From an uncultured Thermococci archaeon (GTDB lineage Archaea > Methanobacteriota_B > Thermococci > Thermococcales > Thermococcaceae), in assembly GCA_964615185.1 (NCBI GenBank), contig CAZTOS010000003.1, positions 1 through 64,000 of the forward strand: a stretch of DNA of 64,000 nucleotides, read 5' to 3'. The notes under the pieces were generated by a model, which saw only the letters and a list, made by a program, of their open reading frames with translations, ran no database searches and had not been told where the DNA came from. Each line of letters opens with the position of its first letter. Position 1 is the stretch's first letter. The position numbers and the translations under genes were made by a program. Positions 62,439 to 64,000 of the stretch are shown here, in pieces.

Positions 62439-63866
62439 TCAAGCAATTGTGAAAATCTTTACTGTATTTGTCCCTACTGTCTTTTCTATTGGCTTCCCGG
62501 AGGTCAAAAGCACAGTATCGTTAGTCTTTACAATTCCGAGGTCTTTTATGAGTTGAATAAGCTCCCTTTCATTTGTGGTATCTTCAACACAGAAGGGATA
62601 GACGCCATAAGAGAACATTAAACCGTTACACACTTTCTCATCTTCAGCAAATGCCAAAACCCATTGTTTTGGCTTGAATCTTGCAATTAAGCGAGCAGTT
62701 TGACCCGTTCTTGTGGGTGTTAGAATATACTTTATATCAACCGTGTTTAATGCTTCAATTATGCTTCTGGTTATTGCATCTTTTATTGTGCCCCTTCTTG
62801 GTATCTTTTCCTTCCATTCAAGCATTCTCGTATGTCCGAAAGACTCCCTATATGCTTCAGTGGTCTTCGCTATTCTTGCCATCATCCTTACAGCTTCAAC
62901 AGGATACCTACCTATCGCCGTTTCTTCAGAGAGCATGACAGCATCGGTTCCATCCAGGATAGCATTTGCAACATCCGTAACCTCAGCCCTCGTTGGGATT
63001 TTGTCAGCAGTCATTGATACGAGCATCTGAGTTGCTGTTATAACTGGTTTTCCGACAAAATTTGCCTTGTTTATAAGTTTTTTCTGGATTATTGGAAGCT
63101 TTTCTATTGGCATCTCAACCCCTAAATCACCACGTGCTATCATTATCCCATCTGCAACATTGAGTATCTCGTCAAAGTTTCTAACAGCATCTGGTCTCTC
63201 AATCTTTGCTATTGTGAATATTCTCCTTCCTTTCTTTTCGGCAAATCTCTTGACCTTCATAACGTCATAAGCTGAGCCGACAAAAGAGATTCCTACTGCA
63301 TCAATGTCATGCTCAAGTATGAATTCCAAGATTTCCAAGTCCCTTTCAGTAATTGCCTCAAGTGGAAGATTAATCTTTGGAATGTTGATACCCTTTCTTG
63401 AAAAAAGCGTACCCCCCACTATTACCTTGCAGATAACGTCATTTCCCTGAACATCTTCAACTTTCAAAGTGATGTATCCATCACTCAGATAGATTACATC
63501 TCCCTTAGAGACCAGTTTTGGAAACGTCTCACATTCCACTGGAATGGTTGTCTCATCCCCTTCTATCTCTTTAGTTGTCAGCACCACAGTCTGTCCTCTG
63601 TGCAGAACAACGGCATCATCTTTGAGCCTGCCTACTCTAATTTTTAAGCCCGGTAAGTCTCCAAGAATAGCAACTCGAATATTCAACCTTTCTGAAGCCT
63701 CTCTTATCCTTTCAATTGTCTTTGCATGCTGTTCAAAGTTTCCATGTGCAAAGTTGATTCTTGCAACATTCATTCCAGCCTTTATCAGCCTTTCGATTGT
63801 GCTTTTTGAGTTAGAAGCAGGGCCTATTGTGGCAATTATTTTTGTTTTATGGGATGGGAGTCTCAT
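62439..63866 (-). CDS. pyk: Pyruvate kinase
   Basis: TKIIATIGPAS, AKIE, MIARGDLGVE, ATQML and MLSEETA motifs. Confidence 0.97.
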   Translation of the reverse strand: MRLPSHKTKIIATIGPASNSKSTIERLIKAGMNVARINFAHGNFEQHAKTIERIREASERLNIRVAILGDLPGLKIRVGRLKDDAVVLHRGQTVVLTTKEIEGDETTIPVECETFPKLVSKGDVIYLSDGYITLKVEDVQGNDVICKVIVGGTLFSRKGINIPKINLPLEAITERDLEILEFILEHDIDAVGISFVGSAYDVMKVKRFAEKKGRRIFTIAKIERPDAVRNFDEILNVADGIMIARGDLGVEMPIEKLPIIQKKLINKANFVGKPVITATQMLVSMTADKIPTRAEVTDVANAILDGTDAVMLSEETAIGRYPVEAVRMMARIAKTTEAYRESFGHTRMLEWKEKIPRRGTIKDAITRSIIEALNTVDIKYILTPTRTGQTARLIARFKPKQWVLAFAEDEKVCNGLMFSYGVYPFCVEDTTNERELIQLIKDLGIVKTNDTVLLTSGKPIEKTVGTNTVKIFTIA

Positions 63867-64000
63867 CTTTTAAGCACCTCTTAGTTTAATACATTTATAA
63901 ACACTCTTATAATACTTGCTAAGTTAGAAAGCGAAATCCAAGGCTCGGGATTAATGTAATCATTATACTTAACAAACCGCCAAGAATCAAGGCGGGAATT

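Noticed and set aside
63867..64000. Thermococcales glycolytic motif (TATCAC-N5-GTGATA) or a structured RNA upstream of pyk
   Set aside because: No such motif is visible. Only a short CCGCC/GGCGG stem occurs at the window edge, too little to call.

Overview
This window is about 64 kb of a hyperthermophilic archaeal chromosome of the Thermococcales, very probably Thermococcus. The assignment rests on reverse gyrase with an intein, TrmBL2, SerK, the HPS-PHI fusion, a tungsten AOR, ADP-forming acetyl-CoA synthetase beta, GGTGA/GAGGTG ribosome-binding sites and TATA/BRE promoters. Most of it is core genome: metG, queD, tldD/tldE, truD, pth2, aspS, hps-phi, rgy, pyk, two tRNAs and one C/D-box guide RNA. 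There are four accessory segments. (1) 1-4.3 kb: the right end of an IS6 element beside a divergent class-III aminotransferase / AOR pair. (2) 21.7-29.5 kb: a surface-protein island ending in a protein-less IS200/IS605 derivative that still looks able to transcribe a structured RNA. (3) 33.4-35.3 kb: an ABC-ATPase + TOPRIM pair (PARIS/OLD-like) between pth2 and truD. (4) 56.0-61.65 kb, the best candidate for an undescribed system: a large secreted Ig-like protein with an amphipathic C-terminal tip, followed by an array of [tip + small membrane protein] cassettes (one intact pair, one headless cassette, one decayed remnant). Each tip ends in a shared D-x-N-[VL]-I-x-G-type motif tightly coupled to the next membrane gene. 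The architecture resembles a polymorphic toxin/immunity or self/non-self recognition locus. All calls come from reading the sequence and recalled family knowledge; no searches were run. Several start codons were moved from the ORF track to RBS-supported starts.
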